Shown: in pieces, positions 10,030 through 21,800 of the stretch
Layout of the letters: each line of letters opens with the position of its first letter
Position numbering within the stretch: position 1 is the stretch's first letter
NCBI GenBank assembly: GCA_025558095.1
Contig: JAIVFI010000030.1
Location: 372,001 to 436,000 of the forward strand
DNA: 64,000 nucleotides
Direction: 5' to 3'
DNA from: Hyaloraphidium curvatum SAG 235-1
Taxonomy: Eukaryota; Fungi; Monoblepharomycota
Made by a program: the position numbers and the translations under genes
Notes under the pieces: model-generated
The model's database searches: none
What the model was told of the DNA's origin: nothing
What the model saw: the letters and a program-made list of their open reading frames with translations, nothing else

Positions 10030-11934
10030 TTACGCTCTCGCTCTCTTCCCTGCCCGAACCTTGGCAAACATCTCAAAGACAACGAGCGCCGCCGACACGC
10101 TCGCCACGCCGATCATCAGCTCTAGGCTCGTCATCTCCGCGTACGCCAGGGGCAACAGGGCGAAAGTGAGCACAACCACTAGTCCAGCCAGCTTGCGCGC
10201 CCAGCCGGGGACAAGGGCATCCGACTCGGGGTAAATGTGCGTGAAGCTGAGGAGGAAGAACGAGAAATAGCTGGCGGCCATGGATCCGCAGAAAGACCAG
10301 GCTGCGGATGTCCGCCCAGATGGTCAGGGGAGCTGCTTTGGGCCTTCCATCGACTGCTCGCACCGTAATCAGCCGTCATGTACTTCTTCGGCTCCTTGTC
10401 GTCCGCGGCTCGAATCTCGATCCGCCTCGCGACCGAGTGGTAGGAAGCGTACGTGGTCCCCCGGTCCTCCATCATGACGATCGACGCCGCCGAGGCCCCC
10501 GCGAGGATCAGGAAGCCGATCAAAGGAAAGTGCAGGGTTGTCCACGCGATCCCGGCCCAAGCGTTGCGGCGGAGAGCGTGTTGCCGGATGTTGGACACGC
10601 CGTCGAATTACTGGCCAGCGATGCGTCGATCAGTCAAGCCGTCGGGGGGGTAAGCCGCGCGGGCTCACCATCCATTGGAGACACATTGCGGTCAAGAGGC
10701 CCAGCACCGCCTTGGCGTAGAGGAAGCCCTCGAACACGGGGTAGTCAAAAATCAAAGCGACAACGAATTCCCCGAGGGCGAGGATCACAAAGAGGCCCAT
10801 CCTCTCCGTGGTGTGCTCGATGTTGATCGCTGTCACCGGCCGAGCCGATCAGCGGACAAAGCAAGGGCTCGGCCCAAGAACGACTTGCCGGGCCGGAACT
10901 CGGGCGCCTTCCACCTCGACGCGTTCCGCTCCGTCACCCGCTCCCACCGGCGCAGGCCGAGCTCCACCGCGGCGTGGATGGCAAAATCGAGAACAAGTGC
11001 CGACCACCACAGCGCCGACATGAGGGAGTAGTTGCCGTAGGCGACGACAGCAGGCTTGGCAGGAGGATAGAGATCACGGTAAGGAGGAGGCTCGCGCGGA
11101 AGCGCGGGAAGAGGATCATGTAGATGGAGTAGACCGCGATCCACGTGCAGCGGCTGATGAGGTAGAAGGCGACGTACGCCCTGCCTGTGCCGAAGGGCAG
11201 GGCTGCCGAGGCTGTCGAAAATCGCCATCAGAATCCAGAGAAGCCAAACAGGGTTCGGCGCAGCGGGATCCACCTGTCACCCCCATCCCAATCACGCAAC
11301 CGGCGATCCACGCCGTAACGATGTTCGAGACGATGTCATCGGATGCAAAGATGTCGTGGTAGATGTTGAAGTCGGCCATCGTCCGGAAGATGGGCGCAAG
11401 GAGCATGAAGAAATCGGAAAGCCTCGTCCAGCTTGGGGCCGTGGCGAAGTGCGCGCCGAGCCGCGCGACGATGGTGACGAAGATCAGATCAAAGAAGAGT
11501 TCCAAAAACGACGTCTTGCGATGCTCCGGGCTCCGATGCAGCTTCCCGCTCCGGAAGTACTGCTTGATTCGTGGGGTGGAGAAGATCACGCGAAAGACGG
11601 AAACCGGCTCCTCGTCCTGCTCCTCCTTCTCCCCTCCATCTGCCGCTGCCGGGCTCGTAGTGCGCGCCAGAAGCTCAGGATTTGCGACCGGGTCCGTGGC
11701 GTGGTCGATGAACGCCACCTCGCCCCCGAGGGTCCCGAATTCCTCCTCGATCTTGGCGGCCTGGTGGTGCTCGACGATATGCGAGACCTCCTGCGCGAGT
11801 TCCGGGTCCACTTCGGCAACTTTTTCGGCCACAGCGTCGACGCGGGCGCGGCTTCCGCGCGGCGCGTCCGGGTCGTCGGCCGGCGGGGCAGCGGGAGTCT
11901 CGCGCGCCGCAGCTACTGCAGACTCCATATCCAT
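10030..11934 (-). CDS. LtrA (low-temperature requirement A) family multi-pass membrane protein, multi-exon
   Basis: HRKTSFLELFFDLIFV and INIEHTTERMGLFVILALGE motifs, LHFPL motif, many TM segments split by short introns. Confidence 0.8.
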
Positions 11935-12556
11935 GTCGAAAGACAAATCGTGCTGGTCCGGGGTCTCCTGCCGAGAGTAGGGCGAACTTCAATTGACCGC
12001 GATGCGGGGTGAAGTGCGGAAGCTCCACGTCAGCGGCTCCTGCGCCAAACACCCCGCGGATCGGGACGTGACAGACCAGCAGCACCCTCCCCCAAGTCGG
12101 TTTCTATAAACTTCCATCATTCAAGACATAATTAGACGCTCAGATTTAGCGGATGCTCTTTCCATCACCTTGTCGAACGCCTCGATAGTTGCTCGGTGAA
12201 TCAGAACGGCGCTCGGTTCCACAGCACCTGGATGTCTGGAGCATAGGCAGCAGTGTTGGATCATCTCAAGCATCTTCGAACTGTCTGGATGAAGCTTCTT
12301 GTGGCGCAGGTCCCGTTGGAGGAGGAGAGAAAGTCGGTTGCGCTGCACGACTCGTGAGGCGCGCGTGCCCTCCGGCCACTGCTCTTCGTCCCCCCCACCG
12401 ACCACCCCGCAGTAGCCGCCTGCGACAGTTGCGTCGCAGGCCACCGGAAGCGACCGCGCGCATCGTCTCAGCGGCCGCGCCGGCAGCGGCGGGACCGGCG
12501 GCGGAGTCGCCCCCGCGGAACCGTGCGGACTTGATTGGCGCCGTCCGCTGCCCGCG

Positions 12557-14648
12557 ATGGACGCGATGGGGGCGGACGGCTTCGGCGACGACGAAGTCAT
12601 CGAGGAGGTCGGCGCGGCGGAGGGCTTCGGCGCCGCCGGCGCGCTGTTCGACGGCATGGGCGACGTCGAGGAGGAGCCGCTCGACGAGGGAAACATCCAG
12701 CCGGCGGGCGTCTTCGGCGGCACCTTCGCCGCGCAGGGCTACTCGCCGGCGTCGCCGGGCAGCGGCTACGACGAGCACTTTGCCGGCGTGGTCGAGCTCA
12801 CGCAGCGGAAGAACAAATGGTGGGTGGCGCCTCGTTCTCGCGGCCACAAGCAGGCTGACTCGTCCTTGGCAGGGTCTGCACTATCGAAGGGTGCGACAAG
12901 GTGGGCTCGGTGGCTTGGGCGTCTCCATCTTGGGCCCGCGCTAATGCTGTTGGTTTCCAGAGCTTCATGCGGAAGATCGAGTTGGAGAAGCACATCACGA
13001 CTCATGGGGCCGGCGCGACCAGGTCGAACAGCGCCGAACCGGCGAGGCTTGCGCACCAGATACCTGCCGCAAATGGCTCCCGTGCAGTCCCCGTTGCGGC
13101 GCCCCTTGGGGGTTTGACGCCGGGCCAGAACGCGTTCACGATCCCGGTGGCCCATCAGGGCGGCTCGCCTTCCGTAGCCGCCCATTTGGGCGGGGCGCCT
13201 TCCGGTACCATCGGCGGGAACGAATCCCCTGCGCAGCTGAGCGCCAAAATCGCCGACCTGGAGACCAAACTTGCGGCGGCGCAGGCCCAAGCGACTCAGC
13301 TGGGCCAGATCCTCATCCAGTCGCGGAACGAGACCACGGCCTGGATGAACTCGAGCGCGCTGCTGCAGACGCAGCTCAACCAGCTCGCGGAGCAGTACGG
13401 CGTCCAGGGCGTCTACCAGGCCTTCAACCCCCAGATGCTCCACCAGCACCTGTCGCAGATGCAGGCGCAGAACACGCAGGCTGCCCAGGCCGCCAACCAG
13501 GTCTATCAGCCTCCCAGCCAGGCGGCGCCGACGAGCCAGCGCCAGCAGGCTCGCCGCCAGCAGCAGCAGCAGACCTACTCGGAGGACGAGGACGAGTCGG
13601 TCGACTACGAGGAGTACCGGCCCTCGCGGTCGACGTCCCCGCCGTCGGCCCGCGCCGCGCGGCCGCCGAGGAAGAAGAAGAAGCCCCTGATCGACCAGCT
13701 CCAGGACGAGATCGAGGCCGAGCGCAAGGCGCGGGAGGAGGCCGCCAAGACCGCCAAGCAGCGGAGGGAGCAGCGGGCCAAGCAGCGCGAGTCGCTCGAC
13801 AGGGGCTCGTCGCCGCCACCGGCCGCCGGGAAAAGGAAGGGCAACTACAAGCCGCCGCCGCCCAAGAAGGTCGCGGTCCCGAAGCCGCGGTACAGGGACG
13901 CGCTGATCAGGATGCGCGCGGCGGGCAGACTGAGGCCCGTCGGCGAGTTCCCGGACGATATCCCCATGGTGGAATGGGAACGCAGTGGGCTCGGCTGCGC
14001 GGTTGGGTGCCCTCAGAGTTCTGACTGTTTCGTCGCAGACGTCTCGAAGCCCATTGCCCCCGACTCCCCCGACTACGAGAAACTCCAGACTCCTGAGATC
14101 GAGGTCTGCGCCATCCTCCGCATCACCCCCACGCAGTACCTCAGCGCCCGGGACTTCATCGTCTCGCGGACGGAGAGGGTCGGGTTTCTGCGGAAGAAGG
14201 AGGTCAAGACCAACCTCCGGATGGACGTGAACAAGGCCGGGAAGCTCTACGACTGGTGGGTTGCCGGTCCGTTGCCGCGCCTAGTTTCCGCTGATTGTCG
14301 CTCTCGTGCAGGATGGCCGCCATCGGCTGGATCCCCACGCCCGCCCCCGGCGCCCGCGAGCCCCTCGTCTGGGACGAGGGCAGCGACGTCCCCGTGGCCT
14401 TCTCCGAGTCGCTGACCTACGGCCGGGGCACGGCTCAGGCGAGCACCGACGCCGGGGATGACGACCGCTCGGGCGACGAGGTCGGGTCGGAGCAGGACGG
14501 CGAGGGCGAGGACGAGGAGATGGAGGCGCACGGGAGCGAGGCCGGCGCCGGGGAGCACGAGGCGGAGCAGGGGGTCGAGGAGGCTGCGGGGCACTACGAG
14601 GATGAGGGCGAGCAGGATCCGGACGCCTACTACGACCGAGAAGACTGA
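12557..14648 (+). CDS. C2H2 zinc finger + coiled coil + SWIRM-domain (Fun19/Ada2-type) nuclear protein
   Basis: Spliced WVCTIEGCDKSFMRKIELEKHITTH via the microexon 12873-12900; Q-rich coiled coil; basic NLS (RPPRKKKK); SWIRM LQTPEIEVCAILRITPTQYL...MDVNKAGKLYDW-MAAIGWI; acidic tail. Confidence 0.75.
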
Positions 14649-14849
14649 GGATGCTTTGGGCTCTGGGTCGAGGGTATCTTCGTCTTTATGTAGGCGTGTC
14701 ATCGACGTAGCGTTTCAGATATTCGACAATCCATCATCATCGGTGCGTTTCGAAAGCGAGCAGCGGCACTTAGCTCGAGATCGCGGGGATCGGGAGCCGA
14801 CAGCGGCAGCAGGCGGCTTCCCACGCCGGCCCGCCCTAGCTCGTCCGCC

Positions 14850-16088
14850 ATGCCGACAAACATGAAGCGGAATATGAATCGCGTGCTGGTTCCCTGTTCC
14901 CCCATTCCCGCTCTCTTTGGAGGGCGGGAACGCGTAGCAACATCGCTTCCGCGACGGGCCGCGCGGCCCTTTTCCGCGGGGGTGCCCGCGCCGGCCGAGC
15001 ACCTCGCGGAGGACCACCTGCAGGCGGTGCTCGCGCACTTCCGCGCCCCGGTCCGCTTCGCGGTCGGCTACGGCTCCGGCGTGTTCCGCCAGGCCTCGTA
15101 CGCCAAGGACGCGCGGCCGATGCTGGACTTCATCTTCGGCGTGACCCACACGCAGCACTGGCACTCGCTGAACATCAAGCAGAATCGCCAGCACTACTCG
15201 GGCGCGGCCGCCCTGGGATCGTGGGCCGTGTCGAAGCTGCAGGACAGCTTCGGCGCCGGGGTCTACTACAACACGAACGTGGAGGTGGAGGGCTACCGGA
15301 TAAAGTACGGCGTGGTCCAGCTTGACAGGCTGGTCCGGGATCTCGAGAACTGGGACACCATGTACCTCGCCGGGCGATTCCAGAAGCCTGTGAGTACATC
15401 ATGACTGTTTGGCGGTGCTTGCCGTCTCTAACACGCGTTTTCGGCCGCCAGTTGAGCGTGATCCGCGGGGATCCACGCGTGGAGCTGGCCAACGCGTCGA
15501 ACAGGCTCGCCGCGCTCCGACTCTCGCTTCTTCTCCTCCCTACGGAGTTTACCACCACGGATCTGCTTGTTACGATAGTCGGGCTTTCCTACCGCGGCGA
15601 TTTCCGGACCTACATCGGGGCAGAGAACCCGAACAAGGTCCGCAACATCGTCGCAGGGCAGCAGGAGCTCCTGTGGACAATCTATCGGCCGCTGCTGGAG
15701 CAGTCTGGTGACTTTGTTGCCTTGAGGGGCGGCGACTCGTGGGTCCAGGCCGAGGACCCGAAGACTCGGTCCAGGATCGTTGCCGGGCTCCCGTCGACCT
15801 TCCGCCGCAATCTGTACCAGGTGTACGGGGACGGTGCTGCGGATCCGGCTGCTTTGGCACTTGGCGTGGCGTCTTCGCCAAACCTACCTGAGCTGGTTCG
15901 CAAAGGTGAGTTCGGAATCCTGCGGCCCCGTGTTTCGCTGTGATTTGACCCTTCTTCCTCTTCCAGCGCTGACGAAAACGATTGCCTATCCGGCTTTGGC
16001 GCAGTCGGTGAAGGGTATCGCGACGGCAGGCATCCTGCGGAGCGCCATGTACAGCTTGGACAAGCTCCGGAAAGGACGGCAGAAGTAG
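14850..16088 (+). CDS. TAM41: Mitochondrial phosphatidate cytidylyltransferase
   Basis: FAVGYGSGVF.Q, MLDFIFGV, WHSLNIKQN..HYS, IKYGVV, WDTMYLAGRFQKP, LSYRGDFR..IGAENPNKVRNIV, QSVKGIATAG; presequence-like N-terminus; two introns. Confidence 0.95.
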
Positions 16089-16170
16089 CGACTCTATACC
16101 CAAAGTGCAAATCTTCGGCATTCATCGATCTGATGTAGCTCTCTCATCAATGTACCTCAATCTTTGTCGA

Positions 16171-17627
16171 TTACAGGTGACCCTGAACCTTCTTTGGCAC
16201 GTACTGAAAGGACAATTGAGTGAGCGACGACGCGGAAGAGTAGGGAGAGCACGCGACGCACGGGCTCCTCGATCGCCGCGATCTCATCAGGGGTCAGTTT
16301 GACCTTCAGCCCGCCGATCAGGTCGTCCAGGTGGTGTTTCTTGGACACCCCGACGATGGGGCTCGTGATGTAAGGTTTCGAGTAGAGCCACGCGAGCGCG
16401 ACCTGCGGCACTGTCACGCCCTTCTTCTCGGCGACGTCGTAGATCCGGTCGATGACCGCCCCGTCCGCCCCTTCGCCCTTGTTCATGACGCGGTACATGG
16501 GGTCAGACTTGGTGCGCACGGTTTCCCGATTCTTGCCCGTCAGCGCGCCCCGCGCGAGGGGAGACCAGGGGACTGCGAGCGATAAGCTGTCGGCACACTG
16601 GGCGCGAAGTAGGACTCACTGCACGCCATGCCCCAGTCCTGGAGCAGCGGGACCATCTCGCGCTCCTCCTCCCTAGCAAATAATGAGTTCCCGTCAGCTT
16701 TACGGCAGCAGAGCGATCGTACCGGTAGACGGCATTGACGAGGTTTTGCCTGGGCGCGAGTCAGTACTTTGCCCGAACCTGAACAGAGCGAAAGACCCAC
16801 ATGGACACGAACGGCGTCCAGCCGTTCATCTTGGCAGTGTACTGCATCTTTGAGAGCTGCCACGCCCGCATGCTACTGGCTCCCAAATATCGCACCTTGC
16901 CGGCCCTCACGAGATCGTGCAGCGCCAGCATGGTCTCCTCGATGGGCGTGTCGTTATCAAACCGGTGGATTTGGCTGTCCGGAATCAGCCGCCGGCCTCC
17001 TCGCTCGCCCAGATCAACTCACTACAGGTCGATGTAGTCCGTCCCCAACCGCTTCAGCGACTGCTCGACCTCGAAGAAGATGGACTTGCGGCTGAGCCCG
17101 GCCCGGAACTGGTCGTCCCGGCCGGGCATCTTCCCGCCGGCGCGGCGGTTCATCGCCTCGGGAAAGGTCGGGAAGTAGACCTTGCTCGCGATCACGACCC
17201 TTTCCCGCGGGATGTTGAACTTCCGGAGGGCGTTGCCGACGATGCGCTCCGAGTCGCCATTCGAATACATGTTGGCGGTATCCCTGCATTTCCACGGGGG
17301 AATTAGCCAGTTAGTGCTGGAACGGCGGCAGGGAGACACGAGGTCTGACCAGAAGTTGATCCCTGTTGCCCAGCGGGTCAGTACGCGCGACGGCGGCTTC
17401 CGGCGCCTGGTCTAGACGTGCCTTTGTCCCACGCGTACTTGATCATCTCCAGCGAAGGCTCTTCCGGGATGACCCATTCCGCCCATTTCGGGTTCCCGTA
17501 GCTCATGCACTTGGGCGGGTTCAGCGGGCCCGGCGACGACGCATCGCGGCAGGAAACCCACGCCGAGGCAGAGCCTGCTGACCGTGAGGCCGGTGTTGCC
17601 GAACCGCACATATTCCATGTCGGACAT
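16171..17627 (-). CDS. Aldo-keto reductase (aryl-alcohol dehydrogenase/YajO-like), many short introns
   Basis: [47 protein letters not shown]...[35 protein letters not shown]...PIVG. Confidence 0.9.
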
Positions 17628-17956
17628 GAGTCGGGTGTCGGAAGATAGGGGCGGGCACGGATCGCGGTCGGCTCTCGCGGAACGTCCGCGTGCGCCGCCT
17701 GGCCGGTCGGCAGATATCTAGCGGGTCCGCTCTGCGAACGGCAGATGCAGAGCGTCCGCGTGCCCGCTGGTCGGCAGATGCAAGTGCGTCCGCTCCGCGG
17801 CGCGTGGAGAGCGACAACATTGATGACAAACACCCCATGCTACGGGCACTCGACGTAGTAGACTGTTGATTAAGTAGATAGTGTAGGATCGGCAGATGCT
17901 CTACCGGGGGTTGGACGGCTCGTTTCATGAACACCGGAGCTATGGAAGCGAGATCA

Positions 17957-18362
17957 GATCAGATCTCTATCACAGCCGCTGAGCGCCCCCCAACCCCGAT
18001 ACATCACGTCACGCGATATACATTGAATTCGGGGAAGAGGGGAGGGGTTAGATGTCCGCCGAGCTGCCGGGTACAGGCTTCCTTGAACCTGTTCATAAGC
18101 TGTTGGCAACCCAGTACGCGCCCCCGCTGAACAACGGCGCGCAGACGGCCGGTCTGGCGGGCCATGAGACCATCGACATCCCAGTCTTTGCCGTCGGATT
18201 TGGTGCGCGGGGGAGAGATCTCTCGAGACCAAACACGGAGCTGTTCGTCCGCCGCGTCGTGCAGGCGGCCGAAGGTCGAGACCGCAAACCAAACGAGGTT
18301 GTACACGGGGGGATCGGGAACGTAGAACTGATCTGCTCAGCGCCTGTGATAGAGATCTGATC
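17957..18362. mobile_element. MITE-like non-autonomous DNA transposon (406 bp)
   Basis: 28-bp terminal inverted repeats with one mismatch (GATCAGATCTCTATCACAG[C/G]CGCTGAGC at 17957-17984 and 18335-18362), flanked by the direct repeat AGATCA (17951-17956 and 18363-18368). Confidence 0.6.
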
Positions 18363-18812
18363 AGATCATGAACCGACCTCGCGCGCGCCTCGATGCCACC
18401 CATGGTTGTCATTAACAGCTGTTCGAGTTTTGGAGGTGGCGTTGGTCTGGGCCAGAGGCCGGTGGTCTTGCACTTCGCACAGCGCACGGGACGGCGCCCC
18501 AAGAGGCGATGGCTCCGGGTGCCCTTGCGCAGGGCTTTCATATGGCGCCACAATCTCGAATCGCGGCAGGGACGGGTTCCAGACATCATATTTTGATTCG
18601 GTACTGCTGGTTGCAGATCAGTCTGAACCTGTTCTGTTCCGTCGACGGCGGCCGCTTTCGCGGGGCGAAGCCTGCTGTGTGGTCAGGCGGAGGGGCGGGA
18701 GGCCCTGAAGTCAAGTCAGTCAATCGTCGCGCACTCCGCGCGCAAAAGGCTCGGTCACCCTTCAGGCACCCCCGAACCCGCGGCGCCGGCCGCCCGGCCG
18801 CGGGACATCACA

Positions 18813-21800
18813 ATGGGGTGCTTCGGCGGCAAAAAGGCTGACGGGCCGGTCGAGCTGGCCGACCCCGACCCCGCGCCGTTCGCGTTCCCGCCGTCGCAGC
18901 TCGCCGCGCTGTTCGACCCGAAGAGCACCGACCTGCTGATGGCGATGGGCGGCGGCTCGGGCCTCTGCACCGGCCTGCTCGTGGACCCGAACACGGGCCT
19001 GGACGAGGCGGGGCAGGCGGGGCAGGCCGTGACCGACGCGGCCCACGCCAACGGGGCCAACGGGCCCACGAAGGTGGGCAGCATTTGGAACTGTGCTGGC
19101 GGCGAGCGGTTGCGGAAACGACTGCACGTTCTACATGTGTCTTTTGTCGTCGCCGTCATGGCGCGTCGGAGGGCTACCGGGGGAGGAATCCTAGCATGCG
19201 GGAGTTCGAGCTAACGCCATTCTCCCTCACCAGGGCATCCCGCTCGATTCCGTGCCCCACCCTACCAACTCGCCCCCGATCCCCAGGCGCCAGGAGATCT
19301 ATGGCGTCAACCGGCTGCCGGAGCAGAAGTCCAAAAGCATCTTCGAGCTCATGTGGCTCGCCGCGCAGGACAAGACTATCATCCTTCTATCGGTCGCGGC
19401 CTTGGTCTCGCTGGCATTTGGCCTGTGGCAGGACTTTGACCCGAACATCAACCAAAATGACGAGCCGAAGGTTCACTGGGTCGGTGGGTAGCTTTGTTGG
19501 CCTGTGCTCTTTTGGACTGCCGACGCGTGCCGCAGAGGGCACGGCCATCCTGATCGCCGTCGTGGTCGTCATCCTTGCCGGCTCCATCAACGACTGGCAG
19601 AAGGAACGTCAGTTCCGGAAGCTGAACGCGGTGAAGGACGATCGCACGGTGGTCGTGCTCCGTGGTGGCAACATCAAGGAGATATCCATCTTCGACGTCG
19701 TCGTGGGCGACATTATGACGCTGGAACCTGGCGACGTGCTGGCCGTCGACGGTGTTCTCCTTACGTCGTCGGGCAACCTCAAAGTGGATGAGTCCGCGGC
19801 CACCGGGGAGTCTGATGCCATCAAGAAGAGCCCAGTGCCGCAGGGAGAGAAGCACTGGGACCCGTTTATTCTCTCTGGAGGGAAGGTCCAGGAGGGGACG
19901 GGCCGGTTCGTCGTCTGCGCTGTCGGACAGAGGAGCTACTTTGGTCGAACCATGATGGGTGGGTGGATTATTACAACCCGCTTCTGTCCAATCTCACCAG
20001 TTGTCTTCGTTTCCAGCCCTTCGCACGGAGGCCGAGGACACTCCGCTCCAGGTCAAGCTCGACAAACTCGCCGAAAGGATTGCCAAGCTCGGCGCCGCCG
20101 CTGCAATCACCATGTTCCTGGTTCTGTCGATCAAGTACATTATCACGGTCGTCTCGTTCGGAGGACAGGGCTTTGGTCCCGACTGCGTGGCCCAGGAGTG
20201 CGCGGCCGAGGCGTTACAGCAGTTTGTGCAGATCATCATCTCGGCCATCACCATCATCGTCGTGGCCGTGCCGGAAGGACTGCCCCTGGCCGTCACGCTG
20301 TCGCTCGCCTACGGAACGATCAAGATGCTCAAGGACAACAACCTCGTGCGTGTTCTTGCGGCCTGCGAGACCATGGGAGGGTGAGCATCCGCACACGCAT
20401 CCCCTTAAAGTTCGACTGATTGTTTGCCACCATGTCCAGCGCCACGACCATCTGCTCGGACAAGACCGGTACGCTGACCCAGAACAAGATGACTGTCGTG
20501 AAGGGCGTGGTCGGCATGAAGATTTTTATCGAGAACGAGGATCAGATCAAGACCCTGCCGTCGCGCATGGCCGAGCTGCCCCAGACGACCACCTCGACAC
20601 TCTCGATCGAGCCGACCGAGGCGGCCGCGCCGCGTCCGCTGGCTCCGACGTATCTGCTTTCGGTGCTTCAGCAGTCGGTGGCACTCAACTCGTCGGCCTT
20701 CGAGGGCGTGGACTCCAAAACAGGCGAGAAGACTCTGGTCGGCAGCAAGACCGAAACCGCCCTGCTCGAGTTCTCGGTACGGGTCGGCGGGCCCGACGGC
20801 GATTTCAACGGCTTGCGCGCGGCCCCTTGGCTCCAGACCGTGCAGGTCTTTCCGTTCTCGTCGGAACGCAAGAGCATGGCCACGGTCGTCAAGATCGATC
20901 CCGCGCAGAGGCCGCAGGAGAAGCTCGCCGGGGGCAAGCAGGAGCCGTTCTACCGCGTGTTTGTCAAGGGAGCTTCGGAGATTGTCCTCTCGTTCTGCTC
21001 GTGGGCCGCCGTCGTACCGGCGGGCAACGCTGCTGGCGCGGAGGCCCTCTTGGAGAGGCTCAACCCCAAGGCCATGATCCGCATTCAGGTTGGTCCGTCC
21101 GTGTGGGGACAATGTGGACGCTAATCCGCGGACGTTTCCTTAGGAGGACATCATCAACGTCTACGCCAGCGAATCTCTGCGCACCATCTGCCTCGCGTAC
21201 CGCGACCTGACGGCGTCCGAGTTCGAGTCCCTGACCAAAGGCTCCATCCGGGAAAAGGCCATCGCCAAGATGAAGGAGGACCAGCGCGACGCGGCGCGGC
21301 GCAAGCTCATCTCCAAGGCTGTCGAGTCTGGCTTGCCGGCGGATACGCAGGCGATCGAAGATCGCCTCGCGCTCGAGGACCTGCCGGAGCTAGACGTTTC
21401 GGACGACGACATCCTTCAGAGCCCGGAGGCGTTCCAGGAGCTGTGTATGCACGGTTGCACGCTGCTTTCCATCGTCGGAATCGAGGACCCGCTGCGGCCC
21501 GGCGTTGCCGAGGCCGTGGAACGGTGCAAGACGGCCGGCGTCGTGGTGCGGATGGTCACGGGAGACAACATCATCACGGCCAAGGCCATCGCGAGCAAGT
21601 GCGGCATTTACCAGAAGGGCGTGGGCTACGCGATGGAGGGTGCCAAGTTCCGCACCTTGTCGGAGGAGGAAATGGACCGGATCCTGCCGAGGCTCCAGGT
21701 GCTGGCGCGCTCTTCGCCGACGGACAAGCAGCTGCTTGTGGGACGCCTGAAGGAGCTCGGGGAGACTGTGGCAGTCACCGGAGACGGCACGAACGACGGG

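Noticed and set aside
17954-18589. ORFs across and beside the MITE-like element as a possible transposase gene
   Set aside because: No DDE/D triad or HTH is recognisable; only a faint C-terminal resemblance.
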